Below, one piece after another: positions 11,519 through 20,065 of a stretch of 64,000 nucleotides of DNA; within the stretch, counting starts at the first letter, position 1, and each line of letters begins with the position of its first letter. Source of the DNA: an uncultured delta proteobacterium (GTDB taxonomy: Bacteria > Myxococcota_A > UBA9160 > SMWR01); assembly GCA_963832165.1 (NCBI GenBank), contig CAWHTE010000007.1, positions 1 to 64,000 on the forward strand. Reading direction: 5' to 3'. Both the position numbers and the translations under genes were made by a program. The notes beneath the pieces were generated by a model. That model had not been told where the DNA came from. It worked only from the letters and a program-made list of their open reading frames with translations, and searched no databases.

Positions 11519-11749
11519 ATGATGACAGCTCGCATAACGAGGGCGCTTCTGGCTCTGATGCTCGCAGTCCTGATCTTTGCGGGTTGCGGCACCCTGATCG
11601 GTGCAGGAGTGGGCGCGGGCGTTGGCGCGGCCGTCGGTCACGGAACGGGCTACGGGGCCGGCAAGGGCGCCATGATCGGAACGGGTGTCGGCGCGGCGGC
11701 AGGCGCCATCTATGACATCACCCAGCACGAATCGAACGATGACGACTAG
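11519..11749 (+). CDS. Glycine-zipper lipoprotein
   Basis: AAGGAG RBS; lipobox FAGC; GAGVGAGVGAAVG. Confidence 0.8.
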   Translation: MMTARITRALLALMLAVLIFAGCGTLIGAGVGAGVGAAVGHGTGYGAGKGAMIGTGVGAAAGAIYDITQHESNDDD

Positions 11750-11759
11750 AGGAGGAGTC

Positions 11760-12020
11760 ATGAGGAGGAGTCTCGGTCTCGCAGCGATCGCGCTGACCGT
11801 CGCGCTCGGGCAAGGCATCCTCGCGGCGCCGCGCGCGGCAACGGCAGCGGAGCAGGCTTCCGAGGTCATCGCGGGAGAGGTGACGAAGATCGATCTCGAC
11901 CGGAGTCGCGTGACGGTACGCAGCAGCGACGGCAAGCCCCACGAGTTCGAGGCGTCCGCCGAGACGCTGAAGAGCTTGAAGGTGGGTGACAAAATCGAAG
12001 CGAAGCGCCGACCGGAGTAG
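11760..12020 (+). CDS. Small exported protein, probable OB-fold
   Basis: GGAGG RBS; signal peptide; GEVTKID...LKVGDKI. Confidence 0.75.
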   Translation: MRRSLGLAAIALTVALGQGILAAPRAATAAEQASEVIAGEVTKIDLDRSRVTVRSSDGKPHEFEASAETLKSLKVGDKIEAKRRPE

Positions 12021-12063
12021 GACTCACGGTCGGCACGAAACGAAACATCAGGAGGAATCCAAC

Positions 12064-12231
12064 ATGGCGAGTGGCAAGGCTGATGAAGTGAAGGGTCGGG
12101 TGAAGGAAGCTGCCGGAGTTTTGACCAACGACAAGGGGCTGAAGCGGCAGGGGAAGACCGACCAGGCAGTCGGAAAGATCAAGCAGAAGGCGGAGAAGCT
12201 GGTCGACAAGGCCAAACGCGCTCTCCGCTGA
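12064..12231 (+). CDS. CsbD-family general stress protein
   Basis: DEVKGRVKEAAGVLTNDKGLKRQGKTDQAVGKIK; AGGAGG RBS. Confidence 0.9.
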   Translation: MASGKADEVKGRVKEAAGVLTNDKGLKRQGKTDQAVGKIKQKAEKLVDKAKRALR

Positions 12232-12262
12232 GTCGCGTTCTGGATTGAACTCGGAGGGCATA

Positions 12263-12415
12263 ATGTTCGAAACTATCGCGGTCATCCTGGTCGTCTTGTG
12301 GCTACTGGGTCTGGTTTCCTCCTATACGATGGGTGGGTTCATTCACATCCTGCTGGTCCTTGCGATCGTGGTGGTCCTGCTCCGTGTGGTCCAGGGTCGA
12401 AGGGCTTTGGGATGA
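12263..12415 (+). CDS. 50-aa lmo0937-family membrane protein (absent from the ORF track)
   Basis: MFETIAVILVVLWLLGLVSSYTMGGFIHILLVLAIVVVLLRVVQGRRALG*; GGAGG RBS. Confidence 0.85.
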   Translation: MFETIAVILVVLWLLGLVSSYTMGGFIHILLVLAIVVVLLRVVQGRRALG

Positions 12416-12529
12416 GTCGGGCTTCCTTGCAGGAGGCGACCCGATGAGCGGAATCAAGATGGTGCGTTCCTGCTGATGCTGCCCAAGCCGAGCTAGCTCC
12501 GAACCGCCGTTCCGTCGCTAGTGGTGACG

Positions 12530-14083
12530 ATGGGGAATCGGGATATTCGCGAGATCCTCGCCTACCACGAGGCGACGAAACACAGCGCGCACAGCGTCCG
12601 GACGAGCCACTACGCGCTCGACTGGGAGAACCAGCCGCTTCCGTTCAAGATCTATCCGGAGCTCGAACGGATCCCTCTCCCGCGAGACTTTCCCGAGTCT
12701 GCCATTCCTGCGTTGGCCGCGATTACGAGCGGTTCGTCCGCAGGGAACGGGTCCGGCGATGCGCGCAGCCCGGACCTCCCGGCACTCGCGCGCGTGCTCC
12801 AGCTCTCGGCCGGGATCACCAAGCGCAAGCGTCACTCTGGTGGAGAGATCTATCTCCGTGCCTACGCCAATACCGGCGCGCTCCACCACGTCGATCTGTA
12901 CCTCGTGACGGGCGACCTCGGGGCGCTCCCGGCGGGCGCCTATCACTTCAGCCCGCACGACTTCGCGTTGAGGCGGCTGCGAGAAGGGGACTGGCGCGGC
13001 GTGCTGATCGAGGCATCGGGCGGTGATCCCGCGGTCGCGCGGGCGCCGGTCGTGCTGGTGAGCGCCTCGACCTACTGGCGCAACAGCTGGAAGTATCAGG
13101 CGCGGGCCTGGCGGCACTGCTTCTGGGACGCGGGCACTCTCCACGCCAACCTGCTCGCCGTCGCCGGGACCGAGGTGCTCGCACCGCGAATCGTGCTCGG
13201 CTGGGCGGATGGGCCAGTGGAGCGCCTGCTAGGTCTCGACCCGCGACGCGAGGGCGCGCTCACCTGCGTGCCGCTCGGGCATGCGCCGCGACCGGCACCA
13301 TCGGTTTCCGTCCCGACGGAACTCGAGCTCACAACCCGATCCCTCTCGCGAAAGGAGATCGACTTCCCGGAGATCCGGTGCGCGCACGCCGCCTCGTCGC
13401 TTGCCGACGGCGACGAGGCGCGGACCTGGAAGGGGAGTCTCTCCGAACGCAAGGAGCCCGCGCCGACGGGAGCGCTCACGCGACTGCGCCTCGACTCTTC
13501 GCAGGCCGACGAGTCGCTCGATCGGGTGATCTGGCGGCGGGGATCGACCCGAGCCTTCGACCGCACGCGATCGATCTCGTTCGAGGCCCTCTCGCGAGCG
13601 CTCGAGTGTGCGGCCGCAGACATACCCGCGGATTTTCTGGAGCCGCCGGAACGGGCGCTCCTGGATCTCTATCTGATCGTGAACGCGGTCGAAGGCCTCG
13701 CTCCCGGTAGCTACACGTACCGGCGCGACGAGCAATCGCTCGAGCTGCTGCGCGAGGGGAGCTTTCGGAACGAAGCTGGACATCTCGCGCTCGACCAGCC
13801 GCTGGCCGCCGACGCGGCCGTCAACGTCTACAGTCTGGTGGACCTGCCGCGCGTCCTCGATCGGTTCGGCAATCGCGGCTATCGCGCCGCCCAGCTCGAG
13901 GGGGGAATCACGGGCGGCCGTCTGTATCTCGCGGCCTACGCGCAGGGGTTCGGCGCCTCGGGGCTCACCTTCTACGACGACGAGGTGACGGAGTTCTTCG
14001 CGCCGCACGCCGCTGGCAAGAGCGTGATGTTCCTCGTCGCGCTCGGCTACGCGGACCGCAGGGCGTTGGGTCTCTTGCGCTGA
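12530..14083 (+). CDS. SagB/ThcOx-family dehydrogenase (tandem nitroreductase folds)
   Basis: YHEATKHS, WRNSWKYQARAWRHCFWDAG, RRGSTRAF, GASGLTFYDDEV. Confidence 0.88.
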   Translation: MGNRDIREILAYHEATKHSAHSVRTSHYALDWENQPLPFKIYPELERIPLPRDFPESAIPALAAITSGSSAGNGSGDARSPDLPALARVLQLSAGITKRKRHSGGEIYLRAYANTGALHHVDLYLVTGDLGALPAGAYHFSPHDFALRRLREGDWRGVLIEASGGDPAVARAPVVLVSASTYWRNSWKYQARAWRHCFWDAGTLHANLLAVAGTEVLAPRIVLGWADGPVERLLGLDPRREGALTCVPLGHAPRPAPSVSVPTELELTTRSLSRKEIDFPEIRCAHAASSLADGDEARTWKGSLSERKEPAPTGALTRLRLDSSQADESLDRVIWRRGSTRAFDRTRSISFEALSRALECAAADIPADFLEPPERALLDLYLIVNAVEGLAPGSYTYRRDEQSLELLREGSFRNEAGHLALDQPLAADAAVNVYSLVDLPRVLDRFGNRGYRAAQLEGGITGGRLYLAAYAQGFGASGLTFYDDEVTEFFAPHAAGKSVMFLVALGYADRRALGLLR

Positions 14084-14619
14084 GGCGGGCCCGCTCCCGC
14101 AGTTTCCATGGTGTCGTCGCCTGTGATCGTGCCAAGCAGCATCCCTGCGAACAACGACGACCAACCGGTCGGGAAGGCTCGTTTCGGGACTGGGGACTCC
14201 GCGTTATTCGGATACGCGTAGAGTGGAGCGGTCCTTCGCGGGAGCCTTACGCGTCAGCACGGGTGGTCGACGACGAAAACGTGAATGCCCATCGGGTAAA
14301 AGGAGATGACCCAGAAGCCACAGAACCGCGAGGTTGATTGCGATCGCTTCGAGCATGCTTCGTCCTTTGGATGGACCTCATCCACCTGCCGTCACTCTTA
14401 TCGGGTTCGATTTTCCCAATCCTTCGAACCTACCGCGATGCGGGATCCGTTCATATCGTCGACACCACGGAGAACGCGGACCAAAGGCGAGGATTCGCGC
14501 TCCTCGGCGCATCCTGGCCGGGGCGCGCGTCCCCTTGAGTGCGGTCAAACGGTGCGTATATAGAGCCCGGGCCCGGAGACCGCCGGGCTTCGAGGAGGGA
14601 TTCCCCAGGTGCGTACCCT

Positions 14620-14838
14620 GTGACCGCGCGCGAGCTGGTCCAGATCCTCCAGCGCCAGGACCCCGACGCTGCGGTCGTGTTCCAAGAGAGCGCAACCCCG
14701 CGTGCGGAGATCACTCCGATCGCGCGGGTGCGCGCGCTGACCGGAGAGCGCTCGAGCGCGCCGCCCTCGATCGTGGTGCTCTCGGGGGAGAAAGTCGGGG
14801 TCCGCGCGCCGACCCTCAGCCCACCTCGGGCTCGGTAG
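14620..14838 (+). CDS. Small hypothetical protein
   Basis: MTARELVQILQRQDPDAAVVF reads as natural protein; start uncertain. Confidence 0.4.
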   Translation: MTARELVQILQRQDPDAAVVFQESATPRAEITPIARVRALTGERSSAPPSIVVLSGEKVGVRAPTLSPPRAR

Positions 14839-15388
14839 GCTCGACCAGGCGCTCGAACTCCGCCTGGGTCAACACACCCGTGCGACGCAGACGCTCCAGG
14901 CGCTCGCGGGTCGCGCGGTGTTCGTCCGGAGCGACCGCTTCGTCGCGCATCGAGCGGCGGAGCTTGCGGACGACCTCTCGGCCGCGCTCCACCGCCTCGC
15001 GGTAGCGCGCGCGCAGCGCCTCGCCGTCGAGTGCGTCGAGCGTCCCGCTGCGCGCGAAGTGCTCGCGATACACCTCGCCGAGCGCATACGTTGAAGCCCC
15101 GGACAGCGCGGCCTGGGTGGCGCTGCCGAGCAGCCAACCAACTCCCGGAAGCGACTTCACGGCGCTGGCTCCCACACGTGCCAGCGAAGCCCCGGCCACC
15201 GCCAGCACCGCGGCACGGCCGCGCGCGGCGTTGTAGTCGACCCCGTAGCTGAGCGCCAGGCGCCGCACCAACTCAACCTGGATCACGGCGACGGCGGCGA
15301 TGTCGACTAGCGGCACCGGGGTGGCGGCCGCCGCCATCGCCGCGCCGACGTGCTTGAGAATCAGCTCGGTAGTGTGGTGGATCGGCAT
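14816..15388 (-). CDS. DUF697/YcjF-like membrane protein with SHOCT-like tail
   Basis: PVPLVDIAAVAVIQVELVRRLA, KSLPGVG, ASTYALG; GVLTQAEFE tail; GGAGG RBS. Confidence 0.8.
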   Translation of the reverse strand: MPIHHTTELILKHVGAAMAAAATPVPLVDIAAVAVIQVELVRRLALSYGVDYNAARGRAAVLAVAGASLARVGASAVKSLPGVGWLLGSATQAALSGASTYALGEVYREHFARSGTLDALDGEALRARYREAVERGREVVRKLRRSMRDEAVAPDEHRATRERLERLRRTGVLTQAEFERLVEPTEPEVG

Positions 15389-15507
15389 GAATTCCTCCCG
15401 GCGCGTTCCGAGCACGTACGCACGCCGGTCGCTGTGGTCGGCAGCCTGAAGAACTTCCCGCCGCGCGGCAAGTCATCGCCGCGAAATCAGTTCCTTCGGT
15501 TCGCAAT

Positions 15508-15525
15508 TCCCCCGGATCTCGGGAT
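15508..15525. promoter_or_regulatory. 18-bp palindromic motif copy TCCCCCGGATCTCGGGAT
   Basis: Upstream of the 15589 operon; TAGCGT 22 nt downstream (15548). Confidence 0.7.
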
Positions 15526-15588
15526 ACCAACCGTCTCCTGCTCCAAGTAGCGTGCATCTGCCCCAGCGCTGTACCCGAGGGAAGAGCG

Positions 15589-15960
15589 ATGTCGAGCCTC
15601 TCGAGCTCCCAAGTGTATGACGGTGATCCCGTCGAAGACGGCGAGGATCCGAGCTTCGGAAACGCGCTCGAGCGGGTATACGGTGCCGGGCAAGAACTGA
15701 TCGTTCGCCGCATCGACCTGCTCGTCGAGGAGCTCGCCGCGCAGGGCCGGAATCTCCTCGCTGCTGCCGTCGGCACGATTTTCGGAGCGATGGCACTGCT
15801 GGTGGGCTGGATCTTCGTCGTAGCGGGCGTGGTCGACGCGATCGATGACTACGTTCCGCGTTTCGCGGCCGAGATCGTCGTCGGCATCCTCCATGTCGGA
15901 GTCGGCGCCGCGATCGCCATTGCGCGGCGGCAGCAGACCGCGGAGAAGGCCTCTACATGA
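15589..15960 (+). CDS. Two-TM YqjE/holin-X-like membrane protein
   Basis: Helical N-terminus then two hydrophobic helices; first gene of an ATGA-coupled operon. Confidence 0.7.
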   Translation: MSSLSSSQVYDGDPVEDGEDPSFGNALERVYGAGQELIVRRIDLLVEELAAQGRNLLAAAVGTIFGAMALLVGWIFVVAGVVDAIDDYVPRFAAEIVVGILHVGVGAAIAIARRQQTAEKAST

Positions 15961-16160
15961 GCTCTTCCGCCGATCCGCGACTGGACACGCTCCGTGAGCG
16001 CGTCGACGAGCAGGCGGTGGAGCTCCACGACGCAGTGCAGGAGTTCGAGGATGTGGCCCGCCGGGCGATCGATGTGCGGCACTGGATCCGATCCAGGCCC
16101 TTGCTCTGGGCCGCTGGGGCATTCCTCGTGGGTGCATGGCTCGGAGGACGAAAGGCATGA
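15957..16160 (+). CDS. Small tail-anchored protein (YqjK/DUF3618-like)
   Basis: Coiled N-terminus then WIRSRPLLWAAGAFLVGAWLG; ATGA overlap. Confidence 0.7.
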   Translation: MSSSADPRLDTLRERVDEQAVELHDAVQEFEDVARRAIDVRHWIRSRPLLWAAGAFLVGAWLGGRKA

Positions 16161-16375
16161 TCGACGCGCAAAGCAACGAAGTGAGAGGCAACGGAGCGGA
16201 CGAGATCAGCGCGGTCTCCGCTGCGGAACTCGAGGGCCTCTTGCCGCAGAGTGTGCACGCGCTGGTCGAGCAGGAGGCTCGCGTGCGCGACTTCATCCGA
16301 TCGCATCCGCTGCCGGTCGTTCTCGGCGCCCTCGCGCTGGGTTTTGCTGTCGCGAGATGGATGCGGGAGGACTGA
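16157..16375 (+). CDS. ElaB/YqjD-like tail-anchored protein
   Basis: VRDFIRSHPLPVVLGALALGFAVAR; ATGA overlap. Confidence 0.75.
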   Translation: MIDAQSNEVRGNGADEISAVSAAELEGLLPQSVHALVEQEARVRDFIRSHPLPVVLGALALGFAVARWMRED

Positions 16376-16409
16376 GCGCATGTCCGCGGCGTCAGCGACT
16401 TGGGATTGA

Positions 16410-16724
16410 ATGGCCTCCCACGAGCCTCACGAAGAGGAGGCCGTGCCGAGAACGCTCCGCTCGGACCTCGACAGGCTCCTCTCGCGGGTCGCGTCGGCGA
16501 AGGACGGCGCGCTGCGTCTGCTGGAAGAAGCCGTTGGGGCGGAGCCCTTCGTCGCGACCGCTGCCGCGGCCGGACTCGGGTTCGTGTTGGGCGGAGGCTT
16601 GCCTCGCGGGACGATCGCGCTGCTGTTCGGGACCGGTACCCGCGCCGCTGCGGCCTGGCTCGGCGAAGAGATCCGGCTGCGAGCTGCAGCAAACGATGAC
16701 TCTGCAACGGAGGACGACCGATGA
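16410..16724 (+). CDS. Small membrane-anchored hypothetical protein
   Basis: EPFVATAAAAGLGFVLGGGL; overlaps the next start. Confidence 0.65.
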   Translation: MASHEPHEEEAVPRTLRSDLDRLLSRVASAKDGALRLLEEAVGAEPFVATAAAAGLGFVLGGGLPRGTIALLFGTGTRAAAAWLGEEIRLRAAANDDSATEDDR

Positions 16725-17065
16725 ACGACGCGAACGAGAAAACTCAAATGAACAGGAGACACACGATCATGACCATCGCCAATCTTGCGAGCCACGCGCT
16801 TGTGAGCCACGCGCCGAAAGCCTATGAGCTGCTGCACCGCATCGGCCTCGAGCGCCGTCGATCGCGAGCGATTCGCGTCGCGTCGTGCGCGGGATGGATC
16901 GGAGTCGGTATGGCCGTAGGTAGCGGACTCACAGTGCTCTTGACGCCCCGAAGCGGTCCGGAGATGCGCGAACGTCTCGGCGAACGCGCCAAGCGTGCGC
17001 GAGACTACGTGGTGACCAACGGCATCGAGCCGACCGGTAGAGCGTCGGCCGCGCAAGCTCCTTAG
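16721..17065 (+). CDS. YtxH-like protein
   Basis: GVGMAVGSGLTVLLTPRSGPEMRERL. Confidence 0.75.
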   Translation: MNDANEKTQMNRRHTIMTIANLASHALVSHAPKAYELLHRIGLERRRSRAIRVASCAGWIGVGMAVGSGLTVLLTPRSGPEMRERLGERAKRARDYVVTNGIEPTGRASAAQAP

Positions 17066-17128
17066 TCGTCGGAAACTCGCCCACTCGATCTGGTGCTGTG
17101 GAGGAAATCAGCGGCTTCGGTGCGCGAT

Positions 17129-17146
17129 TCCCATGGATACCGGGAT
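17129..17146. promoter_or_regulatory. 18-bp palindromic motif copy TCCCATGGATACCGGGAT
   Basis: TAGGGT 22 nt downstream (17169); flanks resemble those of the 15508 site (gaaatcag...ttcggt). Confidence 0.7.
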
Positions 17147-17265
17147 ACCGGCGGTCTCGCCTTCGGCATAGGGTTCAATGACGAGGCCTGATGGCCAGAA
17201 ACAAGAAGTGTGTGACGTATTTCGTTTCACCCTCTGTCGTTTCACCCTGTTAGGAGGGAAGCACC

Positions 17266-17802
17266 ATGATGAATCATTCACCGCTGCTGGCAGCTATCGC
17301 GCTGTTCGCGCTCGCTTGCACGGGTCCGACGGGCCCGCGTGGCAATACGGGCCCGCCGGGTCCCACCGGCATGACCGGCGCCCAGGGGGTCACCGGCCTG
17401 ACGGGCACACAGGGCCAGCCCGGCATGACCTCGCCGGGTCCGGCTGCCTCGGAGACAGGCTGGATCACGCTCCGGGACATCATGTTCAATTTCGACACGG
17501 CGGACATTCGGCCGTCCGAGATGAACAAGATCTCCGACGTCGCTGGTTACCTCAAGCAGAATCCGTCCGTCCGCGTCGGGATCGATGGCTCCACGGATCT
17601 GTCGCGCGGCGTCAACCAGTACAACGTGGACCTGAGCGCGCGGCGTATCGCCAATGTGCGGGACGCGCTGATCCGAACCGGAATTTCCGGTGACCGAATC
17701 GAGACGGGCCGCTTCGGCGCGAAACGGGGCGAGTGCGATGACTCGACCGAGACGTGCTCGAAGCGCGACGGGCGCGTCGAGGTAATGGCTCGCAGCCACT
17801 AG
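17266..17802 (+). CDS. OmpA-family lipoprotein with collagen-like Gly-X-Y repeat
   Basis: Lipobox ALAC; GPTGPRGNTGPPGPT...; FNFDTADI, YNVDLSARR, DGRVEV. Confidence 0.88.
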   Translation: MMNHSPLLAAIALFALACTGPTGPRGNTGPPGPTGMTGAQGVTGLTGTQGQPGMTSPGPAASETGWITLRDIMFNFDTADIRPSEMNKISDVAGYLKQNPSVRVGIDGSTDLSRGVNQYNVDLSARRIANVRDALIRTGISGDRIETGRFGAKRGECDDSTETCSKRDGRVEVMARSH

Positions 17803-17913
17803 AGGTACGGCGCTACCGGCACAGCTCCGGCGAGCTGGAGAGGACACCGGTCCGTTGCGGGCCGAGTGTCCTCCGGCTTGGCTGCAGGGAATTCCACGGT
17901 CTAGCCACTCGGT

Positions 17914-17931
17914 ATACCCGGATCCGGGGAT
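17914..17931. promoter_or_regulatory. 18-bp palindromic motif copy ATACCCGGATCCGGGGAT
   Basis: Upstream of the ECF sigma gene; TAGCGT 23 nt downstream (17955). Confidence 0.75.
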
Positions 17932-18091
17932 ACTGCCCGTCTCCCCAACCGGACTAGCGTTCCTGTCGTCGATGCGAAAAGGAACGCCCCCATGCTGCGT
18001 CCGATGTGGCGACGCTTGATCGATCCAGTTGAAGTCAACGCAGCCTGGCGACCGGTCCCCTCCTGCTCGTGCTAGCGACCGTGCGCAGCCG

Positions 18092-18652
18092 ATGAAGCTA
18101 GCGGACTCCTCGCGGTGGGCGCAGGACGATGCGCTCGTGATTCGACTGCGGGCGGGTGACGAGGAGGCCTACGCCGAGCTGTACCGCCGCGTGCATCCCC
18201 GTGTGTTCAGATTCGCGCTCCGTCGGCTCGGCGACCCGACCGAGGCCGAGGACGTCGCCCAGGACGTCTTCCTCCAGGTGTACCGTTCGATCGACCGGTA
18301 CGAGGGCCGCTCCAGCCTGCTGACCTGGATCTTCGGCATCGCTCGCCACACGACCCTCAGCCGCTACTCGCGCCGACCCCCCAAGATGGCGCCGCTCGAC
18401 GAAGCCGGCGCCCTTGCCGCGCCGGTTGCGTCGATCGAGGACAGCATCGACGCCTCACGAATCTGGGAGCGCTGCACCCGATTCCTGCAGCGCAACATGT
18501 CCGCGACCACGCGCGACATATTCCATCTGCGCTACTCGCGCGGCCGTTCCGTCGCGGCCATCGCGCGTGAGACGGGCAAGAGCGAAGGCGCTGTCAAGCT
18601 CAGGCTGATGCGCACGCGTCGGATCCTCGGCACGTTGGCACTGGGCGCGTGA
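18092..18652 (+). CDS. ECF sigma-70 factor
   Basis: EAEDVAQDVF, LLTWIFGIARH, region 4 IARETGKSEGAVKLRLMR; start could be 18029. Confidence 0.88.
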   Translation: MKLADSSRWAQDDALVIRLRAGDEEAYAELYRRVHPRVFRFALRRLGDPTEAEDVAQDVFLQVYRSIDRYEGRSSLLTWIFGIARHTTLSRYSRRPPKMAPLDEAGALAAPVASIEDSIDASRIWERCTRFLQRNMSATTRDIFHLRYSRGRSVAAIARETGKSEGAVKLRLMRTRRILGTLALGA

Positions 18653-18679
18653 GGCTCCTCCGCACACTCGGCGCGCGAA

Positions 18680-18697
18680 TCCCCAGGATCCGGGGAT
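18680..18697. promoter_or_regulatory. 18-bp palindromic motif copy TCCCCAGGATCCGGGGAT
   Basis: Upstream of the dps remnant; TAGCGT 22 nt downstream (18720). Confidence 0.75.
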
Positions 18698-18734
18698 CCC
18701 GCACGCTCGCGCCTCGGGGTAGCGTGGCGGATGA

Positions 18735-18920
18735 ATGAACTCCACGAAGAACGCGCGCGCCGCGAACGACGAGTGCGGGCAGATCGGTGATCAGACCAGT
18801 GCCGCCGACGCCTTCACTGAGATATCGCGCGGCCTCGACAAGCATCTCTGGTTCGTGGAGGCCTACCTCACTGGATCGCACGAGCACAGACTTGCAATTA
18901 CGCCGGAGAACCATGAGTGA
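18735..18920 (+). pseudogene. dps: C-terminal remnant of a Dps ferritin-like protein
   Basis: GDQTSAADAFTEISRGLDKHLWFVEAYL matches the last Dps helix; the N-terminal helices are absent. Confidence 0.7.
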
Positions 18921-19050
18921 CCGGTCACCCAAGTCGAAGCAGCGCGACCATACTCAGAAAAAAAGCGCCAAGGACAAGGCCGCTGCTGACGCGAGATCCA
19001 AGCAGGACAAGCAAGGCCTGTTCAAGAACACCAAGACGACCACGAAATAG
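18913..19050 (+). CDS. 45-aa basic hydrophilic small protein
   Basis: GGAG RBS; MSDRSPKSKQRDHTQKKSAKDKAAADARSKQDKQGLFKNTKTTTK*. Confidence 0.6.
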   Translation: MSDRSPKSKQRDHTQKKSAKDKAAADARSKQDKQGLFKNTKTTTK

Positions 19051-19061
19051 CTCGCGCCTCG

Positions 19062-19316
19062 TCAGATCGGATCGATCCACTCCTCGGGCCAGAGCCCGGG
19101 CGCGCCTTCCAGCGCGTACAATGAACGGTCGCCCACGGGACTGCGCCGATAGCCCGTGACGCTCGCGTCCTGGCCGGCGCAGAGCATCTGCCCCGGCTCG
19201 GGCCGGAGTCCCGTCAGCCGGTGGAGCGCCGCAAGCAGAGCCGGTTCGCCGGCGATGCGAACGCGCGAGCCGATATGGATTGGCTTGATCGCCGTTTGTG
19301 TCGACGGGGAACTCAT
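19062..19316 (-). CDS. Hypothetical protein
   Basis: ATGA-coupled to the upstream receiver gene; IHIGSRVRIAG...WPEEWIDPI. Confidence 0.55.
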   Translation of the reverse strand: MSSPSTQTAIKPIHIGSRVRIAGEPALLAALHRLTGLRPEPGQMLCAGQDASVTGYRRSPVGDRSLYALEGAPGLWPEEWIDPI

Positions 19317-19834
19317 GGTTGGGACCTGCAGACTTTGTTCGGACGAGAGGCGAGGACGCCCGTCAGTCGGCGACAGAGGTCCTCGGGGGTGAAGGGTTCC
19401 TCGATCACCGGGTAGCCGCGCTCGAGGACGATCCGTGCTTCCTCCGGGCTCGCAGAGTGCCGGCACATCACCAGCACTCCGATTTCCGGGCGCGCGCAGC
19501 GCAAGCGACGCGCCAGTTCGAAGCCATTCATGCGCTTCATGTCAGCACAAGCCACCAGTGCATCGATTTCGTGACGCGACGTCCGGGACAGATCCTCTCC
19601 ACGGGGGCCACTGGCCGCGTAGAGCACGTCGTACTTCTGGCCGCGGAGCGCTCGGACCAGCGGAATGCGGTGTTGGTGGTTGTCGTCGACCAGCAGCACG
19701 GTGAGAGGGCGCCGCGCAGTCTCCGCCGGCGGTTCCGCCAGCGGACGGACCGACTGCCAGAGCGCTTGCGGGGTGCTCGGCCGGAGCCCCGGCTCGCCGA
19801 TCGTCGAAGTGTCCGCGTCGATGGCGCGCATCAT
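19313..19834 (-). CDS. Atypical receiver-domain protein
   Basis: VLLVDDN...MNGFELARRL; the phospho-Asp and Lys-Pro positions are degenerate (ALVACAD, IEEPF). Confidence 0.75.
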   Translation of the reverse strand: MMRAIDADTSTIGEPGLRPSTPQALWQSVRPLAEPPAETARRPLTVLLVDDNHQHRIPLVRALRGQKYDVLYAASGPRGEDLSRTSRHEIDALVACADMKRMNGFELARRLRCARPEIGVLVMCRHSASPEEARIVLERGYPVIEEPFTPEDLCRRLTGVLASRPNKVCRSQP

Positions 19835-19901
19835 CCTCCTTGCTGGACCGCCGGTTCGGGCAGGTCGCGCTCGTAGCGCCTCTGCTCAGTATACATATAT
19901 T

Positions 19902-19946
19902 GATAAATCTATCAAGCGAATACGCAATCTGCTTGACACATGATGC
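19902..19946. promoter_or_regulatory. Tandem 16-bp GCTTGA-N4-TCAAGC-like sites, second overlapping a TTGACA -35
   Basis: GATAAATCTATCAAGC (19902) and GCTTGACACATGATGC (19931), 29 bp apart; TTGACA-17-CACGCT faces ptsP. Confidence 0.6.
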
Positions 19947-20065
19947 ATCCTCCGACACGCTTCATGGCTATGTCCGGCAACGAGGCACTCGAGCAGCTCG
20001 CCAATCTCGAGCATCGGTACGGCTTCGTCACTCGGCCCGTCGAAGGTTCCGGGTAGCTCGACTCG

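Noticed and set aside
12530..14083. SagB-like gene as part of a thiazole/oxazole RiPP cluster
   Set aside because: No YcaO, E1-like protein, transporter or Cys/Ser-rich precursor nearby; stand-alone tandem SagB proteins are common.
15589..15960. Holin-like gene as evidence of a prophage
   Set aside because: YqjE-like context with ElaB/YtxH-type genes; no phage structural, lysis or integrase genes.
19900..19915. FNR box upstream of ptsP (TTGAT-aaatct-ATCAA)
   Set aside because: Spacer is 6 nt rather than 4; the site is better explained by the GCTTGA-N4-TCAAGC motif.
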